Positions 1 through 12,000 of a stretch of 64,000 nucleotides of DNA are shown piece by piece. The stretch is from assembly GCA_051294905.1 (NCBI GenBank), contig CM119372.1, positions 37,758,001 through 37,822,000 on the forward strand. Reading direction: 5' to 3'. A program made the translations under genes and the position numbers. Position 1 is the first letter of the stretch. Every line of letters begins with the position of its first letter. Source of the stretch: Botryllus schlosseri. Its lineage: Eukaryota. The notes under the pieces are model-generated. The model was given only the letters and a program-made list of their open reading frames with translations, had not been told where the DNA came from and did no database searches.

Positions 1-1224
1 GCAGTTGTTCTCAACACTGTGAATTGCCTGACTGTTGCTCATCCGGCAAAGGATATTGGAACTGCACAGGCTTTGCATAAGGGTTATGCAACTCAAATTA
101 GTGTCGCAGTGTTATGATGAAATTGATGCTAAAAATTGTATGTTTGGAAGATGTTGGGGGGAAATATGTGTGTAGTATCTTGACTCATACCAACTGAAAT
201 GGGTATTTTGACAATGTCACAATATTCTTGACATGTTGTTCCATTTTCACAACATCTAACTGATGTTTAGTTCAAGGTTTGCAAATTTTTCGACTATGGT
301 ATGGCAGTTTTGAGAAAAAATCATCAAATCAATCATACTTTATACGACTTATTTTGCATTTAGGCACATTCAATTGTCTTCAAATTTGGCTATATACTGA
401 TTAAAGCATGCCTGCAGCATTTGAAAGCAACAAATTTCAAATACCTGCTTTACTTTTTCACCAAAATATTTTTCAATTTTCAAAGTTGATTTTCTCCCAT
501 TTCTAGTTTTTCGTAATATGATGTCACGGGGACAGGAAATTTTGATATCAGAAGACCTTCAATCCTGATCAAACTTGGCTCAGTACAAGCAGTAAGACTG
601 TTCTACCTGCTGAATTTATTGTTTTTGCTATAGGAGTTTAGGTGTACCTTCTATGTTACTTATGATCTGAATTTTATGAAAAGAAATTGAAAATTTGGCA
701 CCGTACTGGTACCAAACAAATATTTTGGTAATTTTTTCGAAAATTCGTTAGTTTCAAGCAGTTCAGCAGGTGGTTAGAGATCTCAGGACACTTTATGAAG
801 CCTTGGTTAGAATCTCTCAGCATCCATCGATGAGACAGGCGTTTCCCCGTGCTACCCGTCCGATTCACCAATCTCCCCCCCGATTTGGGCCCAAGGAATT
901 ATTGTGAAATGCTGAAATTTATACAGTATATGAAGTTGGGTATGAACAACTTACACACCAATTTTTGAGAATCTAGGATTGTCTGTTTATAAAATATCGC
1001 AATTTGAAAATTTTGCGAGTCTAGCTGCACCTTAGGGCCTTAAAATCGAACCAAATATCACCGAAAAGTGCCGTTGCAGTTGCACAAATTATCAAGTTTT
1101 TATGTTTTCGGACCATCACAAAGTCAATTTCTTTTTGTGACTACAGCTTTCATAATTTTTGTCAACTAACATGTCTAAAAATTGAATAGAAACGTGATTT
1201 TTTAAGTAGATCTACAGGAATGTC

Positions 1225-1312
1225 GGAGTCAGTGAATTTGAAAATGACGGAGTCGGAGCTGGAGTCGGAGAATTTGAAGTTCCCTAAATCGGAGTCTGAA
1301 TTGGAGTCGGTG
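1225..1312. repeat. Degenerate (GGAGTC)n tandem repeat
   Basis: Repeated GGAGTCGGAG units. Confidence 0.7.
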
Positions 1313-1769
1313 ATGAAAGGAACCGACTACACATCCCGGGTGACAGAGGTTCTTGAAGTATGGACCGCGACCCAAACGTAGGAGTGTGCAACATGCAGGT
1401 GAGGGATTATTACACACAGGTATCTCAGGCCGACCCTTTACACGCCAAGACATGGCATGAGAGCATGAGAACATGCATCTGGACAAAGTGTGGTGACGAA
1501 AAAACCGGCGATGTTAAAACCTAAGCAGTAAATGACCGTTGCTGGCTGGCCAAAACCTTCGATCTTAATAATCACGATTGTTGAAATGGTCAAAACCGAA
1601 TAATCGCTATACCATCACTTTGAAATCGCCTTCGTCACACATGTTTCTCAGAACTGCTTTTCGTACAGCTCTTTATTAATATGAGACCGTACGCTTTCTC
1701 TTCAACGAATCAGTCTCAGTCTCTCTCTCTCTCTCACTCTCCTCTCTCTCTCTCTCCCATGCGTCTTTC

Positions 1770-2574
1770 ATCTTATCTTTGCTTCCGACTTATAGCTCGG
1801 CTCACTGGTATTTCTGAGCTTTCTTGGTCACTGGAATCGCAGTGAATTGCAGGAGACCAGAAAATCCTCCAACGCATAGAAATTGGGAAGAAACGATGCT
1901 CGAACCAGCAACAAGCATAGGTGTCGCTTAGCACACTGCGTCACTCGCTACCCGTTGCGTACAACTGGTTATCTGAATCTATCATTTTATATATAACCGT
2001 AAAGCTGTATCATACGAACATTGAAAATGCATTATTTCGATGTGCTATGCTTGGGTCGCGAGATGCCAAAAAAAGACAAATTTGGTGGCGGTCTAAAAGA
2101 AACTACGATATCATTGATTCTGGATACTTTGCTGGAGATATCACACTCTTAAGGCTGCTAATAGTATATAGTCTCACCTCCATGACCGCTGACGGCTTGA
2201 CCTGGAATTAGGCTATCATAAGAAGATCGTGAGCTTTTGTTCTCGCGCATAGTTAGTCATTGTTACAGTTAGTCATTCCTGAACAAACTGCAAATGACAT
2301 TTGGTTTTAGCGCTGTCAAATTGTTCCTGGCTTCAAAACATTTTCTAAACATCCTTACTATACTGGGTGGGAAGATAACCGAGTGGCACAGTGTGCTAAG
2401 CGACACCGTCGCGACACCAATGGTTGTTGTTTTTAGTCTCGGCACTGTCAAGTTTCCGTAAGTCGGAGGTTTGTCTGGGGTCCTTATCGCTGATCTCACA
2501 ACGCATGCAATGTTGTACGAAAATCCCAGACGGATCGAGTAAAGTGGAGCTTCGAAAATCGGAAGCAAAAGACA
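1770..2574. repeat. Two inverted copies of a dispersed repeat (~1770-1975 and ~2375-2574); related pieces at ~14440 and ~15780
   Basis: GGTGTCGCTTAGCACAC and TTTGCTTCCGA occur in opposite orientations; (CT)n tract at ~1715-1757. Confidence 0.55.
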
Positions 2575-2800
2575 NNNNNNNNNNNNNNNNNNNNNNNNNN
2601 NNNNNNNNNNNNNNNNNNNNNNNNNNNNNNNNNNNNNNNNNNNNNNNNNNNNNNNNNNNNNNNNNNNNNNNNNNNNNNNNNNNNNNNNNNNNNNNNNNNN
2701 NNNNNNNNNNNNNNNNNNNNNNNNNNNNNNNNNNNNNNNNNNNNNNNNNNNNNNNNNNNNNNNNNNNNNNNNNNNNNNNNNNNNNNNNNNNNNNNNNNNN
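2575..2800. other. Assembly gap (226 N)
   Basis: Run of N. Confidence 1.
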
Positions 2801-3047
2801 TTGATTGAAAGTCGTCCGTAAAGCGTACAAAAATCATGGAAATAATGAAAATTACAACATTCATTATCGTGCACAAATGACCTGAACAGACGCCAAACAT
2901 TGTTCAATAAACAAAGAAACAAAAAAACTGGGTACGAAAAAGATATTTGTGAACCGAAAACCGGCACTGTATCCCAATATTATTCAGCCGCCAAGATATT
3001 ATAGGAATTTCACGGGGCTTTGACACCAGTGACACATGACTACTCAC

Positions 3048-6000
3048 GTTAGCAACTACTACCCGGACAACATATTTTGCAGGTAGAGATGCAACACAGT
3101 GCTTTGTGTGGCAATTAGCATTGTAACGTCTCAAGAGCACAACTTTTATCGAAGGTTATTTTCACACGAACCGAAACCTCTCAGGAGTTCGAACCATCCC
3201 TAATGATCAATTGATCATGAATCGTTCTCATACCTCTGTTCCGATTGTGGTAATCTCTCGGTGACATGGTTCCATCCTGTAAGTCATTATCTCCATACGC
3301 CCAAATCACAGTCGTAGCTCCTTCCTAAATGGACAGACATGTACGAAATGTGACGATTGCAACAATTTTCACGCATTCTGGCATGCCTTAATCATAGCAT
3401 CATCCTTGTCACCCGTATCAAGTATCCGCAGAAAAGTCACTGTGGTGCGGGAGCCTCTTTCAGAAAAGTCATACCATTCGACATTCGGAACACGGTCCAC
3501 TGCGGGTACCCCATTTCGTTCGGAGTGAGCATCCTTACAGAATAGAATAAAACGAACATGAAATAGTGCATACATTTCATCTTGCTAATACAGAATATAA
3601 CTTGAAGACGCCAATTTTTTAATCAAGTCGCAGTCAAGCATAGAATTCATTGAAGGAATTGCATACGTGGATTTACAATATGGAAGAACAAATATCAATA
3701 AAAGGAATCAGATCCGATCGACATGGGCATTTCTGATACAAACGTAGACCTTTGTACGTGGCACAGCACAAATTTTATTTTTACGTACATCTGGTGCTGT
3801 AATTTGTTGAAAATAGTTTCCAGATCCGGGATTATTACCGGAAAGCATTGGATTTCTCTTCGGGTATGGGAGGTCGCCTATATGAGAGATCCTCGGAGTT
3901 CGAAGTGAAATCAAAATTATGAGTCGCTGTTACTCAGCTTCTTGGTGACAGCAAAAATAGGTTCGATATAAATATTCCGCTTCAATATTCTGTATCGTCT
4001 TTAGACCACATCTATTAGTTGCGAACATCGTTTCACCTACTGTGCAATCTACTTCCATCCTGATTGATAGCCAACTGCAAAAGTGAAATGACACTTGTAA
4101 TTAAATTCGGCCTAGGAGTATGTTGAGAGGCAATTGCGCCGTATATAAGCCAAATAGATTGTTTGTGTTCAATAAAATCTTTGAAAATGATAGTCATTCC
4201 ATATGTGTTAATAAGCCTAATGGATTTTGAAGTAGATACATCTTCTAAGCCAGGCCTGGGCAAAGCGCGACCAGCGGGCCAAATGCGGCCCGCGAAGCCA
4301 TTCTGTGCGGCCCGCGAAAGGTTGCTTGGAATTCATAAAATTAAACCTGCTTTTTGAATGTTCATGAATGGTCTAAAACCATAGGCTGTACCAACTAAAC
4401 AGTAGCCTAAACAGGTAATTCGTTTACTTTGAAGCCTGTTCATTCATATGCCACGATTACGCTGCCTATATACGTAAGCTACCTCGCATGCGTAATCCAG
4501 ATGCAAAATAAAGGCAATGTGGCAAAGTATTGAGTAACAATTATATTCACAAGAAATCACTATTTCAATATAGTTTAGGTAAAACCTTCTTTGTGGCCAT
4601 TGTCGGATAGGCTACGTGTTTCAAATTGTTACGTGAGGCGTTTCCAAATCCCTAATTCGAAAACAAGTCAATCAGTGCTCGCGATTACTATATGACTCAT
4701 CATATCGATAACCGATAAAGGATGAATGTCAAAAAGAGAAAGCCGAAAGCTGAAATTCAAAGAAGGTTTAGAGCACTAAATATTTGTATACTGGAGTTGG
4801 GGTAAACCCGTCCTTTTAGTTTTTACCGAGCACGAAACACTCTGTCTGGCTGAATTTAAGAAAACTTCGCTCAATATCAAGGCTATTTGAGCTGCACACT
4901 GTTCGGAATGCAGCAATCAAGACAAGCTCTGTACTATCCCATATACATCACAGTGCAGTTGTTCTCGAACTGAGGGGCGTGAATGCATCTGAAGGGAGGC
5001 GCGAAGCTGAAGATAAATGAAAAAATTTTTCGCGCTTCGCACGATTCAACCCCAGCTTCTACTTTATTGCTCTGTTTATTGTCTCATTTTAATATTACAG
5101 AATTCTCTCATTAACAACCATAACCTTCCATGTTATCAAACTATCCGTCGGGATTGCTAGCATGCTGGTTGCTCTTTTTAATATGTTGTGATATCGTGAT
5201 AAGGGGGTGGGCGCGAAATTTTTCACCATCATAAAGAGGTGTGTCTAAAAAAGTTTGAGAACCAATGTTTAGTGTGGATGGGTGGGTATTTGAGTTGAGT
5301 GGTGCTTAGCTGCCAAGGCTTTGTGGACCAGAACCGCCCATATCGCTCCCTTGAGCCCAGCGCCCCCCATATCGCCCACTCAGCGTTTCCGCCCCCTTCA
5401 AAATCTCCAGCGGTTAAGAACCACTGTTCTAGAGACTAGAGGTGGGGAATGGGGCTTCGGAGCATAGTGCACAAGTTAATTACTTAAGTGGCCATAGGTT
5501 GGCAAGCACTCGATTGATGTGTGATTGCATGTATTAATTGCTAACATCGTCTCCATTCCTGCCCAATCTACTTTCATGTAATTTCACCCTAATGAATATT
5601 CAACGGCACATTTAGAGTAACACCAGCAATTTTATTGAAGCATTCTAGGGGTCAAGTGGGTAGCAATAGCATCAACGTCGTTTATGTTTGGGTTCATTAA
5701 ATCTTCGAAAGGATAAATCAAATAAATGTGCTAAAGTCGCTTAATGGAATTTAGAGTAGACAAATTTTTTAAGCCATCATCAATTCACCATGCATCATAT
5801 TCGTTGAGCTGTAATGTATCTAATGATCATGCGAACACTCTACGGGTGACTGTTGCAGTGTTGCTGTTTGATTCTAAATGCATTCCTATCTGGGTATAAA
5901 TGATACCTGCATCCGTGAATTTGTAGTTGATACAATTTATAAGCAATCATATTGAATCATAATCATTGAGCCAGAAGATGTATTTAATGATCTCACGAAT

Positions 6001-9000
6001 GTCGCTATTGACAGAGTAAAACTGATTGATTCGAAATACATTCCTATCCAGGTATAAATGAAGCACTTCTAATTTGAAGAAGCCATAATTTGAAGAAAGA
6101 GCTCAGCGTCTATGGTGTACTCAGCCATGGCCCGAAGACTTGAATGTCATAGGGTGTAAGTATTTAGATTACTAATAGTTATTGCGTGCGAAGGAGCTAA
6201 CTTTCCATTATTTTAGAAAATTCTAGATTCTTGCTTCCGCTTCACGGGTGAATCATGACGAGCTCGCCATCGTTTCTTCAAAACTTTACGGCAAAGTCTA
6301 GCCCTCAAACACCATCAGCAGACATCAGCCCGCATGCGGTTGCTGTAGTATGGAGTGTATTTGGAATGCTAGCATTCGTAGGAATAATTGCGAACATCAC
6401 AATTATCATTATCCTGCTTAGAATGAAATCCAGTAATTTCACTTTGATCGTGACCGGCCTTAGTTTTTCTGATCTTGTGTCGGCATTAAACAGTCCTTTC
6501 TATATCTACTCGACTCTAAACTGGAATCACTACGAATTGCCATGGGTATTTTGCTACACGACACTTCCGTTTGACATCGGAACCTCCATGGTGACGGAAC
6601 AACATGTATTACTGCTGAGCATAATCCGGCTTCGCAGTTTAGTGTATGCCTTCGATTCTCGCCGTGATAGTATGTCCGTACAGTCGTGTCGCAAACTGAT
6701 CCAGGTATCATGGTTTATTTCATTTTCTCTCATGATTTTGCCGATGGTATTGCAAACCCAGCAAGTGAGTGATGATGATGGTAGCATGTGCACTTTTGGA
6801 GAGAAGGGGTTAGTGTGGTTGAATGTGGCTACAGCAATCTCGGTGACAATAGGAATATTAGTACCGATACTTTTGATTGTCGGCACCTGCGTAGCGATCG
6901 TTTTCTTACTCCATCGCCGAAGAGCATCCTCCATTGCTCCGGCTACCAGCAAGATGTCGAAGAAGAGAGAAAATCAAGCGCTTTTTCAACTAAAAGCCAT
7001 CATCGTTTCTTTTCTGCTAGGGTACGGCATCAATTATTGTGCACAAATGTCCTTTCTCGTCAATATGAGTCACGCACCGAACCTCTTCCTGGCATTAGTT
7101 TTTGTGCCGCACGCGGCGCTTCGCGTGACCGAATGTCTCAACCCGTTTCTCTACTATTTCGCGTCGAGCGAAATTAAGAAGGAAGTGCAACGCTGCAGAA
7201 GAAACTTGGTCAAATTCGTCAGACAACGATTCATTTTTGCTGCAAATGAGACTGCTACTAATACTACTACTACTATCACAACTATTGCTAGTAATGAAGA
7301 GACTGGTTAAGCAATTATTAACTGATGAATTTGTTTTACGGAAACGATTCCTTTTTCTATTCCTGACTATATACATAGGGTTAAAATTAAATGAAACTGT
7401 ATTCGAAACACATTTGTTTAAAACCTGATTCAAGGGTTGTTGATTTTAGCCATAATCAACACCTGTATGTAAAAAGACCACTTGAGGCCACAATATTTGT
7501 TTCAATTGTACGCATGTCTACGACATACATTGCTCAAGTGCTATATTGTATACTTATATTGAAGAGGTACTATCTGTTGATATAGAGAGCAAGATGGATT
7601 GGAATTAAAATGGAATTGTAATTGAAACACATTTCTTTAAAATCTGTCCTAAAGTAGGCCTACCTATTCGTGATTATTATGCCAGTGTCATTTAATATGT
7701 AATTACGTGTTAATGACTTCTTGTGCAAATTAACGTCACGGTACATGGTCGAAATGAATTATTCTATTATGACCGGTTTTCAAAATGCATATATTTATAA
7801 CCTTATTGTTATACATTTTTAATCGGGTAAGATTTAAAATACAAAATATTTTAAATGATGCCCTCACTATATATTGCAGTGAAGTGAAGTGAAGTGCATT
7901 CTTTCATGGTACATAAATATACTCATTGCAATGTATTTATGTGTGTCCCATTTTGGGAACGAAACTAGGATGGAAAAGGCCACCGTTGCACAACTGCACA
8001 ACGTGAAACAGGATTGAGGGATTTATCGTAGTAAATTGACGTATAGTGGGAAAGGATCCAAACACACGGGTGCTCAGAATAGTCTAGTCCAGGGCTCAAA
8101 CTCTTTGTGACTGCGCAGCGCGCACCCTTTCGAAATTATCTGCCTGTATGGCGTACCCCTTAAAATAATGATTCATAAAGTGCAAGCAACTGAGAAACTT
8201 AACACAACAACCTACGTCTTTACAACTCCAAACATTATTTCACTGTGATTTATGAACTGGTCGCCACTCCACAAGTAAATCTTTTCTTGGAAGTGTTTCG
8301 GGAAGACACACCCGTAAATGCTGGATACGCTATTACCATACTAGACCAGTCCGATAAGCTATAGCCTGCTAATCATATAATTGTACATGTAGGCGACTGC
8401 GGTTGGTTCTGGTAAAACTAATTTGAAGTACATAGTAGGCTACGGAATAAGTCTCGTCACCTTGAAAGTAGAGAAATAGAAATTCGCTACAATTAATGAG
8501 GATAAAGTGAATAAAGTTACACGGCAATATAAAAGCATAACGATTTAAGCCTTATAAACGATGCGATCGCAAAAATAAATTATCCCAGAACTGTGGTCGG
8601 TTTTACAGCCTCATAGACTACATGCCAGTCTGAGTCCTTCTGATACTCTTAAATCATAATTCCAATCGAAGTTAGAATGTGACATCATCTGTGGGGGGCT
8701 GCCAGTAAAACTACACTGAAACCGCTGCAAAAACTACAACATCAGGCTCTACGTATCACAGCCAGGACCCCAACGGGACCAGGACGTGTGTCCCACAAAT
8801 CACTCCTCAAAAGATTCCGTGTTCTAAACATAAACCATTTTCGGAAACTAGAAATTCCCAAGTTTATGTATCAGTTCCACGGCGGCCACGGCCCCGAAAA
8901 CTTCAATGACTTCTTTACGTCTGTATCAAAAGTGCATCAGTACGGCGCTCGTCCACGTCGTCGAACCATCATACGGTGGACAAAAATATTATCGCTCTAT

Positions 9001-12000
9001 CAAATATGCCGGACCTGATTTGTGGAAGAGTATCCCGCCGGATATTCGACAGTCATCGAACATGTCTACGTTCAAGTCAAAATACAAATCATTTCTGCTG
9101 CATCAATACTAGTTAGCCCTCACCGGACCACGACCTGACCTATCGATCTCGCCCTCTGACACATGACATCTTTTGTATCACCTGTCCGTTGATAATATCT
9201 TCTTTTACTTTTCATTCAGTGTGGATGCCTTTTTTATATAGCATAGATCAGGTATGTATCTGATTTCGAAGACTACTCCAAGTCGCTTCGTGACCTTCCT
9301 ATCTTTCATTGTATCGCAGTCTTATATGGTGTATTGAAATGATGGAATTCCTAGCAATAAATTGAATTGTATTTAATTGAATTGATTTGTCACGTAAACG
9401 TTAAACTCGCTATTGTAGAAAAGTTTTCTGCTTAACCCTGTAAATTCTCTCGCGTACCCCGGTGTCAGAACCCCTGGTCTAGTCTAAAACTAAAGCAAAA
9501 CATGACCATGCTAATGTCAGTTGCTCACGAGTCATCAAATATATCGGCTTAGTGTTTAACGTGCAAGCCTGGATGTCACATATGCTCCTTGAATTGCTCT
9601 CGACCATCTGATAGAAATCAGTTTTATATGCAGTTAGGAATGATGACTATAGACATGTATCATATTGACATTTCATCAAAGTTTGTCAATCTGAGCAAAC
9701 GGATTTTAATTTCGTTTTGATTAATTAATGTCCAACGAGAAATTCCATTCAATAAAATGACATTGGAACATGGTGATCGATAAGACTCAAGTCACATATT
9801 CGGTATCCGATTCGAGTTTGCTGTGATTCGATTTTGGCCATTTCTATTCAGATGTGACTTTTTCCCATGTCCCCAGCTTCACAGCCGGCGGTTCATACCA
9901 AGCTGTAAAAAGTGGTCCGATACCCATTTGGAGTTGGTAAGCCATGACTTGAAGTGTGAATCATGCATTAATTGCATATATCGCTTCGATATCTCTCCAA
10001 TCTGTATTTTCGCAGTAATCATCATTCGAATGCAATTTTATGGTAATAGATGTAATTATATTTGGCTTGAGAGCATTGCCAGCACCAATTGCATAAGAAT
10101 AGCATCAAAATCATTGATGTTCGATTTTATCAAAATCTTTGAAAGGATTGATCTATTGACATGTGCTAATTTAGCTTAATGTGATCTGGAGTAGATACAA
10201 TTTCCAAGACATCATCACGCAACACACTAATTCAGCTATAGATATCTAATTATATCAGGAGTGTGGAAAGCGCATGACTCTTGCTGATTGATTTTAAATA
10301 TATTCCGATGAGGGTGTAAATGAAGCTGATATCCGTGCTGAAGATGCCATACTTCGCCGATGGAGCTCAGCGCATATGTGGTACTCGAGACGGCCCAAGG
10401 CGATAAATTTGAATATCGTGTGAGTATTTCGATTAGGCTACTTAGCAAGGTACTGACTGTGAAGGCGCTAACTTCTCATTCCATTAGCACATTATAGATT
10501 CGTTCTTCCGCTTGGTGGCTGATTCATGACGACTTCGCCTTCGTTACCTCAAAATATCACGACAAATTCGAGCATTGAAACACCATCATCAGACATTAGC
10601 CCGCATGCGCTCGTTGTAGTATGGAGTATATTTGGAATGCTGACAGTCGCTGGAGTGATTGCAAACATTGCAATGATCATTATCCTGTTTAGAATCAAAG
10701 CCAGTAACTTTACGTTAATCGTAACCGGCCTCAGTTTTTCTGATCTTGTATCTGCATTAAACAGTCCTTTCTATGTATATTCTAATCTGAACTGGCATCA
10801 GTACGAATTGCCGTGGATATTTTGTTACACGACACTTCCCTTTGACACCGCAACCTCAATGGTCACGGAACAACATGTATTACTGCTGAGCGCAATCAGA
10901 CTTCGAAGTTTAGTGTACGCGTTAGATTCTCGCCGTGATGGTATGTCTGTACAGTCGTGTCGCAAGCTAATCCTGGGATCGTGGTTTATTTCGTTTTCAG
11001 TCATGATTTTGCCAATGTTCTTGCAAGCGCAGCTCATATATGATAGTTATGGCAGCATGTGCTCTTTCGGAAAGAAGGGGTTAGTGTGGTTGAATGTGGC
11101 TACTATAATTTCGGTGACAATAGGAATATTAATACCTATGGCTTTAGTCGTCGGCATCTGCATAGCGATTGTAATCTTTCTGCGACGCCGCAGAACGTCC
11201 TGCATTTCCCAATCTACCAGCAAGTCGTCAAAGAGAAAAGAAAGTCACGCCCTTTTTCAACTAAAAGCCATTATCATTACCTTTCTGGTGGGTTACGGCA
11301 TTAATTATGGTGTACAAATGTCCTTCTTCGTCGATAGAAGTCATGGGCCGAATTTGTTCAAGTTATTGGTTTTCGCGCCGCACGCAGCTCTTCGCGTTAC
11401 CGAATGTCTCAACCCGTTCCTGTATTATTTTGCGTCGACCGAAATTAAGAAGGAAGTGCAACGCTGCAGACGTAGCGCGATCGAATTCTTCAGGAAACGA
11501 TTCATTTGCGCTGGGATATATCCTGCTGCAAACACTTCTAATACTACGGCCACTGCTAGTAGCACAGAGATAAGTTAGTTATTTCGTAAATGATCGATTT
11601 GAACCACGGGAATGGGCTCTTTTCTGTCCATGGCTGAATTTAAAACACGGAAGATGAAAAGTGACCGTGTTTAATCAATCATTTTTATAAAAATAGCATT
11701 CACAACTACAATATTTGGTTTATCTATGTATACATACACGACATAGAATCGTCGTAAGTTACTCTATCCTTGTAATAAATAAATATTTTATCGTGATAAA
11801 ATAAACATGAGCTTTACTAAGCTGTAACTCAGTTGTTCTCAACCTTTTTGTGTTCGCGGACCCCTCTTGAACCTTCACGGACACCCCCCTTCCCCCCGGA
11901 CCCCCAAAATTTTAGAGCACGTCTTGCTCAATTATCGCGAAACCATCATATGTCTTGTGCAAATATTAACCGTATAGGCTAGTGATAAACAGCAGCAAAA

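Noticed and set aside
1-1042. Possible right end of a TTAA-flanked (Kolobok-like) element
   Set aside because: Only one terminus (...GGGCC|TTAA) is in the window; no TIR pair or coding evidence.
2269-2967. Long ORFs in the track spanning 2.3-3.0 kb
   Set aside because: Artefacts of translating through the N gap.
6460-7433. Overlapping and antisense ORFs within the GPCR and transposase genes (also 10825-11573, 24903-25415)
   Set aside because: Shadow frames of real coding sequence.
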